Source: Zygnema circumcarinatum SAG 698-1b
Taxonomy: Eukaryota; Plantae; Zygnematophyceae
Length of the DNA: 64,000 nt
NCBI GenBank assembly: GCA_037447605.1
Contig: CM074816.1
Coordinates: forward strand, 1,007,873 to 1,071,872
Direction: 5' to 3'
The number at the start of each line of letters is the position of its first letter. The first letter of the stretch is position 1. A model generated the notes under the pieces. The model did no database searches. It had not been told where the DNA came from and saw only the letters and a list, made by a program, of their open reading frames with translations. The position numbers were made by a program, and so were the translations under genes. Below, one piece after another: positions 62,937 to 64,000 of the stretch.

Positions 62937-63901
62937 TGTTGAAGCGGGGGTCTGCTCCCCACTTCCGGCGCCACCTCGGGTGTCGCCCTCCATTGGAACT
63001 TGAGTTCCCACGGATGAAGACATTCAAAACACTCAAAGCTCTATCTTACTTCACTCATCGCCCATAACAATAGAATGAAGCTATAAGACAAGCACAGCGG
63101 AAATCACAATGAGAGAGTGTTAGGAGAAAGCTCACGGCTCTAAAACTCCTTATAATAAAACTGTCTTCCCACAATGAAGTTCTCCCACCACTTCAAGGTC
63201 CCTCTTACTCACTACCTCACGACACAAGTGTAGGCAGCCTAGCAGCACGAGCAGGCTCTGAATAAGACCCGAGACTATGACAGAGTAGTGTGGGTGGGTT
63301 ACTTCCCATAGTAAAACTAAGCACTATATAATATGGCGTCCGTGACGTGACACACATGTCACGTCGCGTCCGCCATTGCAAACCCATGCACCGAGTCTGA
63401 GTGGGCGCACTCAGAAATAGCGACTAGCTAGCTGCCTCGTAAACCTACGGCGGCGCCGACCTAGTTCTTGTCGGATCGTACATCCGTCCGTACTGTTGCG
63501 CCCGTTTTGCCAGCGGCTCGCCCGCAGTCTTAGCCCGCCGACATCACCGGCCGTACCTCGAACTTCATGAGGTTACATAGCGAGTGGTCACCGTGGGCTG
63601 GTTCGCGCCCAGCCATCTTCCATGTCGTTTCGGCAGCTTTTGCGCTCCGCGTTTCGCGCCCGAGCCGCGACCAATCAGAGTCGCGCGTGTCCGTACTTTG
63701 CGAATCCGCGGCCGCGCCTCGACCAATCAGCGCCATCCGTTCGTAGTCCGCGCACTCGCGACGCACTCACCAAAGTCAGAGCACCGACATTACTAAATCT
63801 AAGAGCACTACGCCTAGCAGATCTCATGTTCTACAAACTGAGTACCACAACAAGTTAGTGTGTGCCATACAATGTCTAACTATCATACACTAACACTAAC
63901 A
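62937..63901 (-). mobile_element. 3' LTR of a family-B copia whose interior lies beyond the window
   Basis: TGTTG...CTAACA ends followed by ATCCCCCTC (PPT complement, 63902-63910). Confidence 0.8.
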
Positions 63902-64000
63902 ATCCCCCTCTTGGGACTCAGTTCCTCATGGGCCCTAGCCCAATCAACCTGCTGTTCACTAGTAGTGTCTCCCCGCTGACCCCCTTTGTCAACATGTCTG

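Overview
Eukaryotic, plant-lineage DNA. It has GT-AG introns, a legume-lectin domain, a plant-type TrmL, Ser-Pro HRGP repeats and tRNA-iMet primer-binding sites; a streptophyte alga is my inference. The scaffold is draft quality, with about 14 ten-N gaps and frequent homopolymer indels. Roughly two-thirds of the window is transposable elements: copia elements, a chromovirus, TA-targeting MITEs, a Harbinger-like TIR element, and a 26-kb nested stack whose order is fixed by target-site duplications (TSDs). Two host-type genes lie on the minus strand. (1) A 14-exon gene (29902->16879) with phase-compatible splice junctions encodes a ~2,300-aa secreted protein: signal peptide, L-type lectin, Pro-rich rod, IPT/TIG, EGF, Ig-like repeats, a large uncharacterised core and a second Pro-rich rod. 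(2) A TrmL/SpoU tRNA methyltransferase sits inside a TIR-bounded segment. The most unusual signal is a Ty3/gypsy family present in two independent insertions. It has no polypurine tract, its 5' LTR does not end in CA, a 9-nt block occurs both just before and just after the 3' LTR, TSDs are 4 bp, and an ORF starts inside the LTR. This layout fits integration from a circular intermediate.
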